From a virus (Duplodnaviria > Caudoviricetes), in the IMG/VR virus record IMGVR_UViG_3300025803_000024, positions 1 through 40,025 of that record: a DNA stretch of 40,025 nt, one strand, 5' to 3'. Shown here piece by piece: positions 24,543 through 34,799 of the stretch (position 1 is the first letter of the stretch; the number at the start of each line of letters is the position of its first letter). The translations under genes and the position numbers were made by a program. The notes under the pieces were generated by a model. That model was not told where the DNA came from, ran no database searches, and saw only the letters and a program-made list of their open reading frames with translations.

Positions 24543-26083
24543 TGTATACTGAAATGGAAGGTAAGACAGCAAAAAATCGTTACGAAACACTAGCGAGAGA
24601 CCGTTATCACTTCCTTGATAGAGCCAGAGATTGCTCTGAAGTTACTATACCAGCCTTAATACCTGATGAAGCTTTCACAGAATCATCTGAATTATATACA
24701 CCATATCAATCAGTTGGAGCCAGAGGTGTAAACAACCTGGCATCTAAATTGCTATTATTATTACTACCACCTAACTCACCTTTTTTTAGATTCCAATTAA
24801 GTGGAACAGCCAAACAAGAATTAGAACAACAGAAAGAATTATTTGCAGAAGTAGAAAGGTCTTTATCTAAAATTGAAAGAGAAATACAAAAGAAGATAGA
24901 GCAGTTAGCTCTTCGTGTATCAGTATTTGAAGCACTAAAACATTTAATTGTTGGTGGTAATGTACTTTGTTATTTACCTAAGAATGGTAATATGCGTGTC
25001 TATCCTCTAAACCAATATGTTTGTAGAAGAGACCCTGAAGGTAACTTATTAGAGATAGTTATAAAAGAAAGTATTTCACCAGTAGCTTTAGATGATGATG
25101 TTCGTCAAGAGTTATCAGGACAGTATAAAGATGATGAGTCATTAGACATCTTTACTCACATATATAAATTAGCTAATAAAAAGTTTTACATATGCCAAGA
25201 GATAAAAGGTATTAAATTACAAAACTCAATCGGGATTATACCTGAAGAACAAATGCCTTATCTTGCATTACGCATGGTAAGAGTAGATAATGAAGACTAC
25301 GGTAGAAGCTATGTAGAAGAGTTTCTTGGAGACCTTAAGTCATTAGAAGGTTTATCGCAGTCTATGGTAGAATCTAGTGCAGCCTCTAGTAAAGTTGTCT
25401 TCATGGTAAAACCAAACTCTGTAACTAGAAAATCTGATTTAGCTAGAACTCGTAATGGTGATATCATTACAGGTACAAGAGAAGATGTAACTTGCTTGCA
25501 GTCTGAAAAGCAGTATGATTTGGCTATCGTAGAGAGAGCCACAGCGAGACTCGAAGAGCGTTTGTCGTTTGCTTTCTTACTACACACAGCTATCCAAAGA
25601 GATGCTGAAAGAGTTACAGCACAAGAAATTAGATACATGGCACAGGAATTAGAAACATCAATGGGTGGTATATACTCATTATTATCTCAAGAGTTCCAGT
25701 TACCATTAGTACAAGTGTTAATGAAGAGAATGACACAAGCAAGGGAAATACCGAAGTTACCTAAAAATTCTATACAACCAACTATTATCACAGGTATTGA
25801 AGCATTAGGTAGAGGCAATGATTTACAAAAGCTACGTGAGTTTACTATGGAGCTGATGAATATTGCACAGGTAAACCCACAGATTGTACAAGCATTAGAC
25901 ACACAAAATTTAATCACTCGTATTGCTACAGGCATAGGCATTGATGTAGAAGGTTTAATTAAATCACCTGAACAAATGCAACAAGAAATGCAACAGGCTA
26001 TGGCTGAACAACAGCAAGCGCAGATGGAACAAGCAGCTATGGAAACTACACAGAAAGTTGTGGAAGAACAAAGCAAACAATAA
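24542..26083 (+). CDS. Portal / head-tail connector (gp8-like)
   Basis: PYQSVGARGVNNLASKL, EDYGRSYVEE, RDAERVTAQEIR, GIEALGR. Confidence 0.97.
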   Translation: MYTEMEGKTAKNRYETLARDRYHFLDRARDCSEVTIPALIPDEAFTESSELYTPYQSVGARGVNNLASKLLLLLLPPNSPFFRFQLSGTAKQELEQQKELFAEVERSLSKIEREIQKKIEQLALRVSVFEALKHLIVGGNVLCYLPKNGNMRVYPLNQYVCRRDPEGNLLEIVIKESISPVALDDDVRQELSGQYKDDESLDIFTHIYKLANKKFYICQEIKGIKLQNSIGIIPEEQMPYLALRMVRVDNEDYGRSYVEEFLGDLKSLEGLSQSMVESSAASSKVVFMVKPNSVTRKSDLARTRNGDIITGTREDVTCLQSEKQYDLAIVERATARLEERLSFAFLLHTAIQRDAERVTAQEIRYMAQELETSMGGIYSLLSQEFQLPLVQVLMKRMTQAREIPKLPKNSIQPTIITGIEALGRGNDLQKLREFTMELMNIAQVNPQIVQALDTQNLITRIATGIGIDVEGLIKSPEQMQQEMQQAMAEQQQAQMEQAAMETTQKVVEEQSKQ

Positions 26084-26098
26084 TAATAAGGAGTTGTT

Positions 26099-26842
26099 AT
26101 GGATAAAGTAGAAATACAATCCGCTGAGACACCTGCTCAAGCCCCTGAGGAAGAGCAACCTGTCGAAGCAACTGAGGAATCCCGTATTGAAGGACTCCCA
26201 GAAAAGTTTAAGTCTGTAGAAGATTTAGCAAAGTCATATGCAGAACTTGAAAAGAAATTAGGCGAAACTTCTGAAGCTAAACCTAAAGAGGAAAGCTTAG
26301 AGGTACCATCAGACAAGGAAGTGGAAGCTGCTGAGAAAGCAGTTGAAAGAGCTGGTCTGGATATGGGCGCACTAGAGCAAGAGTACAGTGAAAAAGGAGA
26401 GTTGTCTGAAGAGACACTCAAGCGTTTTGAAGAAGTAGGCATAGGAAGACAATATGTCAATGACTACATCGAAGGACAACGAGCATTGTACATGGCACAA
26501 GTAAGTGAAGTACACACATTAGTTGGTGGCCAAGATAACTATACTGATATGGTTAACTGGGCTGCAGAAAATCTAACTGAAGGTGAACAGTCTACTTACA
26601 ATGAGGCAATGAACAGTAGAGACTTAGAAAGAATTAAATTTGCTGTTGAAGGACTTAGTGCAAAGTATCAGAAAGCCGAAGGCACTTCCCCTAATTTAAT
26701 TAATGGTAAATCATCAGCCCCTGTAGGCCCTGGTTTTGAATCATGGGCGCAAGTTACAGCTGCTATGAATGACCCTAGGTACACTGCTGACCCAGCTTAT
26801 AGAGCAGAAGTTCAATCTAAACTGGAGAACAGTAATATATAA
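26099..26842 (+). CDS. Capsid scaffolding protein (gp9-like)
   Basis: LPEKFKSVEDLAKSYAELEKKLG, VGG..NY..MVNWA, AMNDPRY..DPAYR. Confidence 0.93.
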   Translation: MDKVEIQSAETPAQAPEEEQPVEATEESRIEGLPEKFKSVEDLAKSYAELEKKLGETSEAKPKEESLEVPSDKEVEAAEKAVERAGLDMGALEQEYSEKGELSEETLKRFEEVGIGRQYVNDYIEGQRALYMAQVSEVHTLVGGQDNYTDMVNWAAENLTEGEQSTYNEAMNSRDLERIKFAVEGLSAKYQKAEGTSPNLINGKSSAPVGPGFESWAQVTAAMNDPRYTADPAYRAEVQSKLENSNI

Positions 26843-27102
26843 TGCCAAGAGACCCTAGATTAAAAAGAGTAGGAGTAAGTGGTTTTAACAAAGCCAAGCG
26901 TACTCCTAGCCATCCCACTAAAAGTCATGTGGTGGTCGCTAAAGAAGGTAATAAAATAAAAACTATTCGATTTGGACAACAGGGAAAAACTGGTGACAGA
27001 ACTATGACTAAACGTGCTAAGTCATTTAAAGCACGTCATGGTAAGAACATAGCCAAAGGTAAGATGTCTGCCGCTTACTGGGCTAATAAAGTTAAATGGT
27101 AG
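26842..27102 (+). CDS. Very basic small protein (86 aa)
   Basis: TAATG coupling; KTIRFGQQG...SFKARH...SAAYWANKVKW. Confidence 0.8.
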   Translation: MPRDPRLKRVGVSGFNKAKRTPSHPTKSHVVVAKEGNKIKTIRFGQQGKTGDRTMTKRAKSFKARHGKNIAKGKMSAAYWANKVKW

Positions 27103-27114
27103 AAGGAGTGTATT

Positions 27115-27267
27115 ATGCCAGGACATTATGGTAAAAAAGGAAGTATGAAAAAAGGTAAAGCAGGAAGTAAGAAACCAAAAGGTGGAAAACAACTGAGTGC
27201 AAGTCAAAAGAAATTACCAGCAGCTTTACAAAAGAAAATAATGGCAAGTAAAAAGAAGAAGAAGTAA
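27115..27267 (+). CDS. Lys-rich 50-aa protein MPGHYGKKGSMKKGK...QKKLPAALQKKIMASKKKKK
   Basis: AAGGAG RBS, TAATG coupling; own translation, below the track cutoff. Confidence 0.75.
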   Translation: MPGHYGKKGSMKKGKAGSKKPKGGKQLSASQKKLPAALQKKIMASKKKKK

Positions 27268-27461
27268 TGCCAGTAAAAACCAAACGTAAATTTAAAAAAG
27301 TACCTAAGACAAAAGGTGGTGTCCCCACTAAGTATGTCAAAGGAGCTAAAAACCCGTCAGCAAGGGAACGTGAGATAAAGCGTACTCGTGCATTATACAA
27401 AGCGGGTAAATTAACTCCAGCCATGATGGATAGAATAAGTAAACAAAGGAGCAAAGGGTAA
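27267..27461 (+). CDS. Very basic small protein (64 aa)
   Basis: TAATG coupling on both sides. Confidence 0.8.
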   Translation: MPVKTKRKFKKVPKTKGGVPTKYVKGAKNPSAREREIKRTRALYKAGKLTPAMMDRISKQRSKG

Positions 27462-27697
27462 TGCCAGCAAAAAAAACAGGAAAGTATTCAGGAATATCTG
27501 GAGCTTCAAGATACTCTAAATCTAAATTAGATGCTGTGTATAAGCGTGGCCTCGGAGCTTACTATAGCTCAGGTTCAAGACCTAAAACATCTGCTCATGC
27601 GTGGGCAATGGGAAGAGTTAAATCATTTGTAACAGGTAAAGGCGGTGCAAGAAAAGCAGATGCTGACTTGTTACGTGGCAAAAAGAAAAAGAAATAG
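27461..27697 (+). CDS. Very basic small protein (78 aa)
   Basis: AAGGAG RBS; VYKRGLGAY..SGSRP...AWAMGRVKSF...ADADL. Confidence 0.8.
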   Translation: MPAKKTGKYSGISGASRYSKSKLDAVYKRGLGAYYSSGSRPKTSAHAWAMGRVKSFVTGKGGARKADADLLRGKKKKK

Positions 27698-27832
27698 TCG
27701 TGCTACCTATTTAGGTGGCGACTAGCCTATACTAAAGTAACTGGAATAGCTTGGCCTTCTGCGGAAGACAACCCTGATAGGAAAGGAACGGATGTAATGG
27801 CTTACACAAATAAAGATTAAAGGAGACACATT

Positions 27833-28822
27833 ATGGCGGCATCAACCCCAGTATCAGTTGGTAGAGTCAATGCTGGCGGCTCCGAAGACGCTTTATTTCT
27901 GAAAGTCTTTGCTGGAGAAGTTCTAACATCTTTTGAAAGAGCTTCTGTAACAGAAGGCGCAGAAATGGTCAGAGCGATTCAGAGCGGTAAATCAGCTCAG
28001 TTCCCAGTAATGGGTAGAGTAAGTGCATCTTATCATACACCAGGTGCAGAGATTACAGGCAACGACGTAAACCACAATGAAAAGGTCATTACAATTAATG
28101 ACTTACTTATTTCTTCAGTGTTCTTAAGCAACATCGAAGAAGCTAAAAACCACTACGACGTAAGAGGAGCTTATTCAACAGAAATTGGAAGAGCATTAGC
28201 TTTCCAAAAAGATAAGCACGTTTTACAAACTATTGGTCAAGCAGCACAGGCATCAGCTAACGTATCTGATTCAGGATATGGAGCAGGTACAGTGCTAACA
28301 AATACTTCAATCGCATCAGCAACAGCAGCAACAGCTGCAGACGCAATGATTGAAGAACTCTTTAACGCTGCAAAAGCATTAGATGAAAACTTCGTTCCAA
28401 CAGAAGGAAGAAAATGTTTTATGAAGTTAGAAGAGTATTACAAATTAGCTAACGGAACAAACGTAGTTAATGTAGATTTCTCAGGTGCAGGGTCTATTGC
28501 AGACGGTAAAGTATTAAAAGTTGCAGGAATTGATATTATCCCTACAGCTCACTTTACTGACATTGCAGTTGACAACTCATCTGACACAGGTGTGGACGGC
28601 GGTTCTGCTACACAAGGTGGGTCTAACCCACAGCAAGTTAACCTTGCAAACTATGTAGCATTAGTCTGTCACCCATCTGCTACAGGAACAGTTAAGTTAA
28701 TGGACTTAGGTGTTGAAAGCGAATACGATATCAGAAGACAAGGCACTTTAATGGTTGCTAAATATGCTATGGGACATGGCGTATTAAGACCAGAGGCTGC
28801 AGTCGGTATCAAAGAAGCCTAA
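27833..28822 (+). CDS. Major capsid protein (gp10-like)
   Basis: ALFLKVFAGEVL, IQSGKSAQFPVMGR, YDVRGAYSTEIGRALA, VAKYAMGHGVLRPEAA. Confidence 0.97.
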   Translation: MAASTPVSVGRVNAGGSEDALFLKVFAGEVLTSFERASVTEGAEMVRAIQSGKSAQFPVMGRVSASYHTPGAEITGNDVNHNEKVITINDLLISSVFLSNIEEAKNHYDVRGAYSTEIGRALAFQKDKHVLQTIGQAAQASANVSDSGYGAGTVLTNTSIASATAATAADAMIEELFNAAKALDENFVPTEGRKCFMKLEEYYKLANGTNVVNVDFSGAGSIADGKVLKVAGIDIIPTAHFTDIAVDNSSDTGVDGGSATQGGSNPQQVNLANYVALVCHPSATGTVKLMDLGVESEYDIRRQGTLMVAKYAMGHGVLRPEAAVGIKEA

Positions 28823-28841
28823 AACAGCTAGGTAATTTTAA

Positions 28842-28890
28842 GGACAGCATGGCCACCCTGAACACCCCACTGGTCATCTGTCCTTTTTTT
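28842..28890 (+). terminator. Intrinsic terminator after capsid (T-phi position)
   Basis: GGACAG-c-ATGGCCA ... TGGTCAT-CTGTCC followed by TTTTTTT. Confidence 0.8.
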
Positions 28891-28906
28891 AGATATGAGG
28901 TAAACA

Positions 28907-29512
28907 ATGGCGACACAAATAACACCCACAACCGAACTACAAGCGGTAAATATTATGCTTACAACAATTGGAGAAGCACCCGTGAACACTATCACAGGTA
29001 CTACAAGTGTTGATGTATCTGTCGCTAAAAATATTTTAGATGAAACATCGATGTCAATACAAACACAAGGTTGGAATTTTAACACTGTATATAACAAGAG
29101 TCTTACTAAAGACGCAGACAATAAAGTTCCGTTACCTTCGAATTGTGTTCAGGCGGATGCTCACGATGATTTTAGATATCGTAACTTAATCATTCGTGCT
29201 GGATATTTGTACGATGTAGACAATGACACTGATGTATTTACAGGAGATTTACCTAACTTAAATCTTGTGTTAGTACAACAGTTTGAAGATTTACCTGAGT
29301 ATGCAAGAAGATATATTACTATGAAATCCTCAAGAAGATTTGCAGCGAGGTTCATAGGTGAAGAAGCTTTAGTCACACTTACAATACAAGATGAGAACGA
29401 AGCTATGATAGCATTTAAACTTGCAGACTCAAGAAGTGAAGATAACAATATACTTACAAGTGATGCAAACACTTATTCAATTATAAACAGAGTTCCTAGA
29501 AGGAGATATTAA
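28907..29512 (+). CDS. Tail tubular protein A (gp11-like)
   Basis: TELQAVNIML..IGEAPV, QGWNFN, FEDLPE.AR.YI. Confidence 0.95.
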   Translation: MATQITPTTELQAVNIMLTTIGEAPVNTITGTTSVDVSVAKNILDETSMSIQTQGWNFNTVYNKSLTKDADNKVPLPSNCVQADAHDDFRYRNLIIRAGYLYDVDNDTDVFTGDLPNLNLVLVQQFEDLPEYARRYITMKSSRRFAARFIGEEALVTLTIQDENEAMIAFKLADSRSEDNNILTSDANTYSIINRVPRRRY

Positions 29513-32013
29513 TGCCTGTAGTTTCCCAGACACTGCCTAACTTTAACAATGGTGTAAGCCAACAAGCACCAACACAACGTCTGACTAGTCAAGCTACAGA
29601 ACAGGTTAATATGGAAAACAACTTACTTGAAGGATTAGGCAAACGTCCACCTTTAGAGTTTGTAGCTACTTTAGATGCTAGTAATGTTTTTCCTAACACA
29701 ACAAAACTATGGAGTATTAAAAGAGATGAAGATAATCAGTACATGGTGGCAATCTACAATGGTGGGATTAAAGTCTATGATTTGGACGGCAATGAAAAAA
29801 CTGTCACAACTCCAGACGGCACTTCCTATCTTGCTAGCACCAACCCTAAGGAAGATTTTAAACTTGTTAATATTGCTGATTACACTTTTATTGCTAACAA
29901 GTCTATTACTCCTGCTGCAGATAGTACAACAAGTACTGCAAAAGTTGAGGAGTTTCTTGTTTACGTAAAGCAGGCAGCATTTGGTAGAGAATATAGTGTG
30001 CGTTTATCACACCCTGACATGACACAGACTTGGATAGAAGTTAACTTTCAGATGCCTGATGGCTCTGATGCAAACCATGATACGGAGTTTTCAGACACAG
30101 ATAAAATTGCTGACTTATTATTATATGGAGATTCTAGTACATATTGGAATAGTTCTTCAAGTGCTGAAATTGCTGTTGTTGAAAACAATGGTGGTACATT
30201 GACCACTACAAGTACATCAACAGGACTAGCTAATACCACAAATATTACTAATCATTTTACATTTGAACTATACTCATCCACTATTTATGGAAAGCCTACT
30301 GATGGTGACTCTGGGTACACCGTAGAAACTAGAGATGGTGCAGGTGGTACAGCTATGTATGCCATCAGAGACCAAATAGAAGACTTTACTCGTTTACCTT
30401 ACTATGCAAAGAGTGGTGTAATATTACAAGTCACAGGAAGTGAAGGTGATAACTTAACAGATTATTTTGTATCATTTACCTATGATGGTATTTGGAACGA
30501 GACTCTTGGCCCTGGCGTTTCTCTTGGCTTAGATGACACTACAATGCCTCATGCTTTAATTAACAATAATGATGGTACATTTACTTTTGCAAAACAAACT
30601 TATGATAATAGAATTGCAGGCGATGCAACAACTAATCCAAACCCTAGTTTTGTAGGCAAGGCAATACAGAACTTAACATTTTATAAAAATAGATTAGGTA
30701 TTCTCTCAGGGGAAAACCTGATATTATCAGGCAACGCTGACTTCTTTAACTTCTTTGCAACTACAGCAACACAGGTATTAGATACAGATGTTATTGATAT
30801 CTCAGCTTCAGGTACACAAGTAAACACACTAAAAAATTCAGTATCATTTAACGAGTCTTTGTTACTCTTTTCTGATACCGCACAATATAAATTAACAGGC
30901 GCCCAAGGTAACATAGCACCAACTACAGCTGTGTTAAATGAGGTGTCTAGTTTTGAACATGACGATGCTGTCACCCCAGTATCAGCAGGTAGATTTGCAT
31001 ACTTCACACAGAAGAGAGAAAACTTTACAGGTGTTAGAGAATACTTTTCTAATGAAGATACATTAACAAATGATGGTGTAGAAATTACACTTCATGTAGC
31101 AAGTTATATTCCTAACAGAGCATATCAGATAATACCAAATAGTAATGAAGATATGTTATTTGTTTTAACATCAGATGTTGCTGACACACAAACAGCACCG
31201 TATTCTGCAGGCAGTGATGTCACAGCTACCAATGCAAGTAAGTTATTTGTATATAAGTATTTCCGTAAAGACGGCTTACAAAAAGTACAGTCAGCATGGA
31301 GTACGTGGACATTTACAGGTGTAAAGATATTAGGTGGTATGACTGTCGATAGTATCTTGTATTTGTTTGTTGCAGAAGGACAGACAACTAAGCTGTGTAA
31401 AATAGATTTAAAGAACACAACCAACACTACAATTGGTTTTAATGTACACCTAGATTTACGTGATGAAGTCACAGGAACATATTCCAGTGGTACAGGGCTA
31501 ACAACCTTCACTTCTCCGTATGGTGCTAAGACAGGACTTATAGCTGTCAACAGAAGCACAGGTGCAAACTACACTGTAACAAACACAGGTGGGAGTACAT
31601 ATACTCTTGAAGGAAATTACACTAGTTTATACATTGGTGTTCCGTATGAAAGTGCATACACTATGTCACCACAATACATTAGACAAACAAGTAGTACAGG
31701 TGGAGTTATATCTATAACATCAGGTAGATTACAAATACGTAATGTGTCATTTGATTTTAGAAACTCAGCTTACTTCCAAGTAGAAGTTACACCAACAAAT
31801 CGTGACACTAGTATTGTGTACATGAATGGTTACATAGTCGGATTCTCAGGTCAGATAGATACACCACAAGTATCCGATGGTACACTTAGAGTACCTGTAC
31901 AAGCACGTAACACAGACTATACTTTAATAGTTAAAAGCTCATCGCACTTGCCATTCTTTATTACAGGTGCAGAGATAGAAGGATATTATCATAGAAGGTC
32001 ACGACAAGTATAA
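29512..32013 (+). CDS. Tail tubular protein B (gp12-like)
   Basis: GVSQQ, GLGKRPP, ADYTFIAN, TMPHAL, NPNPSFVG, FYKNRLG, QSAWSTW. Confidence 0.95.
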   Translation: MPVVSQTLPNFNNGVSQQAPTQRLTSQATEQVNMENNLLEGLGKRPPLEFVATLDASNVFPNTTKLWSIKRDEDNQYMVAIYNGGIKVYDLDGNEKTVTTPDGTSYLASTNPKEDFKLVNIADYTFIANKSITPAADSTTSTAKVEEFLVYVKQAAFGREYSVRLSHPDMTQTWIEVNFQMPDGSDANHDTEFSDTDKIADLLLYGDSSTYWNSSSSAEIAVVENNGGTLTTTSTSTGLANTTNITNHFTFELYSSTIYGKPTDGDSGYTVETRDGAGGTAMYAIRDQIEDFTRLPYYAKSGVILQVTGSEGDNLTDYFVSFTYDGIWNETLGPGVSLGLDDTTMPHALINNNDGTFTFAKQTYDNRIAGDATTNPNPSFVGKAIQNLTFYKNRLGILSGENLILSGNADFFNFFATTATQVLDTDVIDISASGTQVNTLKNSVSFNESLLLFSDTAQYKLTGAQGNIAPTTAVLNEVSSFEHDDAVTPVSAGRFAYFTQKRENFTGVREYFSNEDTLTNDGVEITLHVASYIPNRAYQIIPNSNEDMLFVLTSDVADTQTAPYSAGSDVTATNASKLFVYKYFRKDGLQKVQSAWSTWTFTGVKILGGMTVDSILYLFVAEGQTTKLCKIDLKNTTNTTIGFNVHLDLRDEVTGTYSSGTGLTTFTSPYGAKTGLIAVNRSTGANYTVTNTGGSTYTLEGNYTSLYIGVPYESAYTMSPQYIRQTSSTGGVISITSGRLQIRNVSFDFRNSAYFQVEVTPTNRDTSIVYMNGYIVGFSGQIDTPQVSDGTLRVPVQARNTDYTLIVKSSSHLPFFITGAEIEGYYHRRSRQV

Positions 32014-32053
32014 GTTAAAAGTAATTAAGTCAGAGCCTAGACACGCTTATAAG

Positions 32054-32479
32054 TTGGCACCGAATATGAGTTTTATGGATGCACAGGAAGTCTGGGCATC
32101 AGATAGAGCCACTCCCTTAGAGGCTCTTATATACCCCTTGACTAAACAAGGTGGTAGAAACTACACAGGTTTATCCCCTGAGGGTGAACCCATGTGTATG
32201 TTTGGAACACATCCTGCAGAGATGGAAGGTTACGGTGTAATCTGGTTTCTAGGAAGTGATGAATTAAAAAAGTACAAATATTTAGTAGTAAAAATGTGTT
32301 TAGAAATTGTACCTAAGTTAGCACATGGGTATAAAGTTCTATACAATTTTGTAGACAAGCGTCACAAACAAGCAATCAAGTGGCTTAAGATATTAGGTTT
32401 TAAAGAAACTTATGAGGTTAAGTCTTTTGGTTATGGTAAAATACCATTTATTTTAATGACATATGAGGTGAATAAATAA
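32054..32479 (+). CDS. gp13-like / acetyltransferase-fold internal virion protein A (true start may be upstream)
   Basis: D..EVWA, CMFG, GVIWFLGS, LYNFVD...AIKWLKILGF. Confidence 0.8.
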   Translation: MAPNMSFMDAQEVWASDRATPLEALIYPLTKQGGRNYTGLSPEGEPMCMFGTHPAEMEGYGVIWFLGSDELKKYKYLVVKMCLEIVPKLAHGYKVLYNFVDKRHKQAIKWLKILGFKETYEVKSFGYGKIPFILMTYEVNK

Positions 32480-33024
32480 TGTGCGGAGTAGGCGAAGCTT
32501 TATTAGCGTTTCGAGTTTTATCAACTGTTAAACAGTTCCAGCAGCAAAATGCTATGGCATCAGCTATTGAACGACAGCAGGAACGAGCTAGAGAAGCATA
32601 CCTAATTGGATACAATCGTGACCTAGAGCGTATTCAAACAGAATCTAACCAAGTCGCTATTCAAGAACGAATTGAAGAAATGAAAATTGATGCAGCAAGA
32701 CGTAGAGATATTGCCAAAGCATTAAATCAAAATGTAGGTAATGCCCGTGCAGTTGTGCAAGACTTAGGCCTTGAGTTTGAATTTGCAGAACAAGACTTAA
32801 GAGCTAGTGTCACCGAAGATTATAACACTTTAAACAGACAGCAATTAGAAGCATTTAATCAACTGTCTAGTAATTATGCAGGATTAACCCCACCAACTAG
32901 AGCCTCTAAAACAGGATTAGCTCTAGGCATTGGAGAAGCAGTCGGGGGCTACTTAACTATCCCAGGAGAAAATCGTAAATTCTTTTCAGACTTTAATCCA
33001 ACAGGAACACCAACAGGAAAATAG
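32479..33024 (+). CDS. Internal virion protein B (gp14-like)
   Basis: MCG start, helical Gln-rich composition, synteny. Confidence 0.7.
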   Translation: MCGVGEALLAFRVLSTVKQFQQQNAMASAIERQQERAREAYLIGYNRDLERIQTESNQVAIQERIEEMKIDAARRRDIAKALNQNVGNARAVVQDLGLEFEFAEQDLRASVTEDYNTLNRQQLEAFNQLSSNYAGLTPPTRASKTGLALGIGEAVGGYLTIPGENRKFFSDFNPTGTPTGK

Positions 33025-33032
33025 GAGATAAC

Positions 33033-34799
33033 ATGGCTTACAAATCACCAGTCACACAATACAAATGGTTTCAATCACAAGCACCAACAGTAGGACGTCT
33101 ACAAAAGACTACTGAAGGGGACCAGATTGTTAAAGCTTTAGAAAGTATCTCACCTGTATTAGCAAATGTAGGAGCTTCATATATAAGTGATAAACAACAA
33201 AAAGCAGTCACACAGTTACGTGAGTTAAAAACTCAACTGGGTGCTGACTTTAGTGAAGAAAAAGTAAATGAATTAATTAAATCAGGACAAGCACCTGAAT
33301 TAGAAAGTATGTATTCCCAAGCTGTCAAAGATAGGTTTTATGCAAAAGTGGATGCAGCAGATGACATAGCAAAGGTAGTACAACGTTGGGACCAATATGA
33401 TGGTACTCAAGACTTCGATGACTTCTTTAACTCTAGCCTAAGAGATTCGTCTGAAATTGAAGGCAAAGGACAAGGTTATCGTAATAGTTATTATGCAGCT
33501 ATAGAGGAAGTTAAATCTAAGTATGCAATCAAAGCAGCAGAATTACAAGCCGAGCGTATTACAGAAAAAATTAACAGTGACATTGTAAAAGTGTATAAAA
33601 ACTATGATGTAGATACAGCCAATGAAATACTTAACCAAGGTATTACTAATAATATTTACAGCCCAACTCAAATAACAACAGGTTTGATGAGTATTGGCAC
33701 AGCCGCTTTAAGTAGTATGGACATAGATGAAGTGGGAAAAGCAATTGAATTACTTGAAACACCTAGAAATTTAGCTAAAGGTGTTGGCAGACTAGCAGAT
33801 ACAAAAGATGGTATGGCTCTTAGTGTTAAATTAAATACTCGTTTAGAACAATTAATAAATGCGCAAAACAGCGAATCTTATATAGAATTACAAGAGAATA
33901 TTAATGGTAACATTTCATCAGCATTACAATCTGCAGACCCTGTTGGCTCATTGAATTTCTTACAGATAGCTGGTTTACCAAAAGGAAAACTTCAGGCAAA
34001 TGAAAATAATGGTGGTGCTGAGTTAGAAGATATAAAACGATTCCAACTTGATATTATGAGAGGAGATGTTGATTCAGAGCAAGAATTATTACATACAGGT
34101 GCTCGTTATGGCCTTACAACAACTCAGATTAAAACATATGGTTTGGAGATGTTTAACGGTATGAAAGAAAATAATTTCGTTAGTGTTGCAAACCGTTCAG
34201 ATTTTGATGTGATTACAAGCATAGATTATATTAGCGGTGTAATCCCTAGGGGTGAGACTGCTGCAGACCAAATGGAACACATGAACGCAGTAATGGCTGA
34301 ATCCAATGAAATCATCTATCGAATTGGAAAGGCACAGGTAGAAGGTAAAACTACAGAAGAGATTATTAATAGTGTTAAAACATATTTAGAAACTAAGTAT
34401 AGTGTAAAACCACAAGATAGAGTTCCAGAACCTGTAACAGAAATAACTTCACAAGAAGATTTAGATACAAGGTTAAACCGTTTATTTACAAAAAGTATCA
34501 CAGACCCAAACACTATTGAAGATGTCTTTGGCGGTGGTGTAACGCGAGATGAAGTCTATCGACCTGATTTAACTTCAGGTGTAACTGAGATGTTTAGCGC
34601 CCCTGATGACGCAACGTTCCTTTTAAACGATGAATATATTCCAAAAATTGCTGACTATTTAATACGAGAATATGGCGGCGACTTACAAGATGCCACAAAT
34701 GTTTTAAACAACCTACAGAATTATTTTGGTTTAACAGATGAACAGCAAGGAAAAATGTATCAACTTTATTTACAAAATCTACAACAAGGTGGTAATTAA
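33033..34799 (+). CDS. Internal virion protein C (gp15-like)
   Basis: 588 aa, AGGAG RBS; assignment by synteny only. Confidence 0.65.
   Translation: MAYKSPVTQYKWFQSQAPTVGRLQKTTEGDQIVKALESISPVLANVGASYISDKQQKAVTQLRELKTQLGADFSEEKVNELIKSGQAPELESMYSQAVKDRFYAKVDAADDIAKVVQRWDQYDGTQDFDDFFNSSLRDSSEIEGKGQGYRNSYYAAIEEVKSKYAIKAAELQAERITEKINSDIVKVYKNYDVDTANEILNQGITNNIYSPTQITTGLMSIGTAALSSMDIDEVGKAIELLETPRNLAKGVGRLADTKDGMALSVKLNTRLEQLINAQNSESYIELQENINGNISSALQSADPVGSLNFLQIAGLPKGKLQANENNGGAELEDIKRFQLDIMRGDVDSEQELLHTGARYGLTTTQIKTYGLEMFNGMKENNFVSVANRSDFDVITSIDYISGVIPRGETAADQMEHMNAVMAESNEIIYRIGKAQVEGKTTEEIINSVKTYLETKYSVKPQDRVPEPVTEITSQEDLDTRLNRLFTKSITDPNTIEDVFGGGVTRDEVYRPDLTSGVTEMFSAPDDATFLLNDEYIPKIADYLIREYGGDLQDATNVLNNLQNYFGLTDEQQGKMYQLYLQNLQQGGN

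Noticed and set aside
28800-28906. gp10B-type frameshift extension of the capsid
   Set aside because: No clear slippery site before the stop, and a terminator follows within about 20 nt, leaving no room for a domain.
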